Of a DNA stretch of 64,000 bases, positions 63,307 through 64,000 are shown in pieces (position 1 is the first letter of the stretch; every line of letters starts with the position of its first letter). Below the pieces are notes generated by a model that made no database searches, was not told the DNA's origin, and was given only the letters and a program-made list of their open reading frames with translations. The position numbers were made by a program, and so were the translations under genes. The stretch comes from Felis catus. Taxonomy: Eukaryota. Location: the NCBI RefSeq assembly GCF_018350175.1, contig NC_058371.1:112282001-112346000 (forward strand). The letters are read 5' to 3'.

Positions 63307-63533
63307 GGGGCGCCTGGGTGGCGCAGTCGGTTGAGCGTCCGACTTCGGCCAGGTCACGATCTCGCGGTCCGTGGGTTCAGGCCCCGCGTCGGGCTCTGGG
63401 CTGGTGGCTCGGAGCCTGGAGCCTGTTTCCAATTCTGTGTCTCCCTCTCTCTCTCTGCCCCTCCCCCGTTCGTGCTCTGTCTCTCTCTGTCCCAAAAATG
63501 AATAAACATTGAAAAAAATTAAAAAAAAAAAAA
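63307..63533 (+). mobile_element. CanSINE, young SINEC_Fc type, A-to-G-rich variant
   Basis: TSD AAGAGTTACAGCAA (63293-63306/63534-63547). Confidence 0.97.
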
Positions 63534-64000
63534 AAGAGTTACAGCAATAATTACAATCATTGGTATTTACCAGGATAGTGCATTATATGAATTATCTCCT
63601 TCAATTCTTCAGTGTATTATAAGAAAAAAAATGACTACTCTTCAACTTATCTCTGGATAAACAACATTTTTCCTTAAGTTAATTTTGGTAAATTAGGTTT
63701 GTCTAAGATGTAGTCAATTTTGATTTTTTTTTCAGAAAGTTTCAGAAAGTTTACAGTCTCCTCTGAGTTTATGTCTGCAGTGTCTATAGTGGTGTCCCTG
63801 TTTTACTACTGTTGCCTTCTTAGTTCTGTTTTTGATCAGTATAGACAGAAGTTTTCCAGTTTTTAAATTATTTTATGATTGGTTCCTGATTCCTTATTTT
63901 CTTAATAAAACTAAAAAAGCAGTTGGAATAAAGAGGTTGGTTGGTTTATTTATTTATTTTTTTATTTATTCATTCATTCATTTATTTATTTAAAAATAAA

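Noticed and set aside
1179-63512. Many 60-115 aa ORFs such as MGAPGWHSRLS..., MGQRETEHERGRGRE... and ...AQSLEPASDSVSPSL
   Set aside because: They are recurrent translations of CanSINE sequence, not genes.

Overview
AT-rich mammalian genomic DNA, almost certainly from a felid because it carries about 29 tRNA-derived CanSINEs of the SINEC_Fc/Fc2/Fc3 types. No multi-exon protein-coding gene is recognisable, so the window is intronic or intergenic. The only credible coding sequence is an intronless SUMO1 retrocopy (555-2232) with UTRs, a decayed poly(A) tail and a target-site duplication (TSD). Its 100-codon ORF (648-950) is still open and keeps the QTGG maturation motif despite about 20% amino-acid divergence. 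Other firm features are a tailless 35-nt U2 snRNA retropseudogene with a TSD (45920-45954), a 5'-complete but 3'-truncated LINE-1 inside an MLT1 LTR (52850-56287), solo LTRs, hAT DNA transposons (MER115, MER20, MER5, MER45), L2/MIR/CR1 relics and microsatellites. There are 13 N gaps totalling about 2.2 kb. The best unexplained signals are: a CpG-retaining multi-helix element at about 13300-13555; a CanSINE-free, CpG-enriched block (about 24-37 kb) with strong minus-strand splice sites that suggest a spliced lncRNA or 5'-UTR exons; a SINE copy with a clean A-to-G signature; and a TACTAAC cluster. Repeat names and reference comparisons come from recalled consensus sequences, not from database searches. 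Boundaries of old repeats are approximate.
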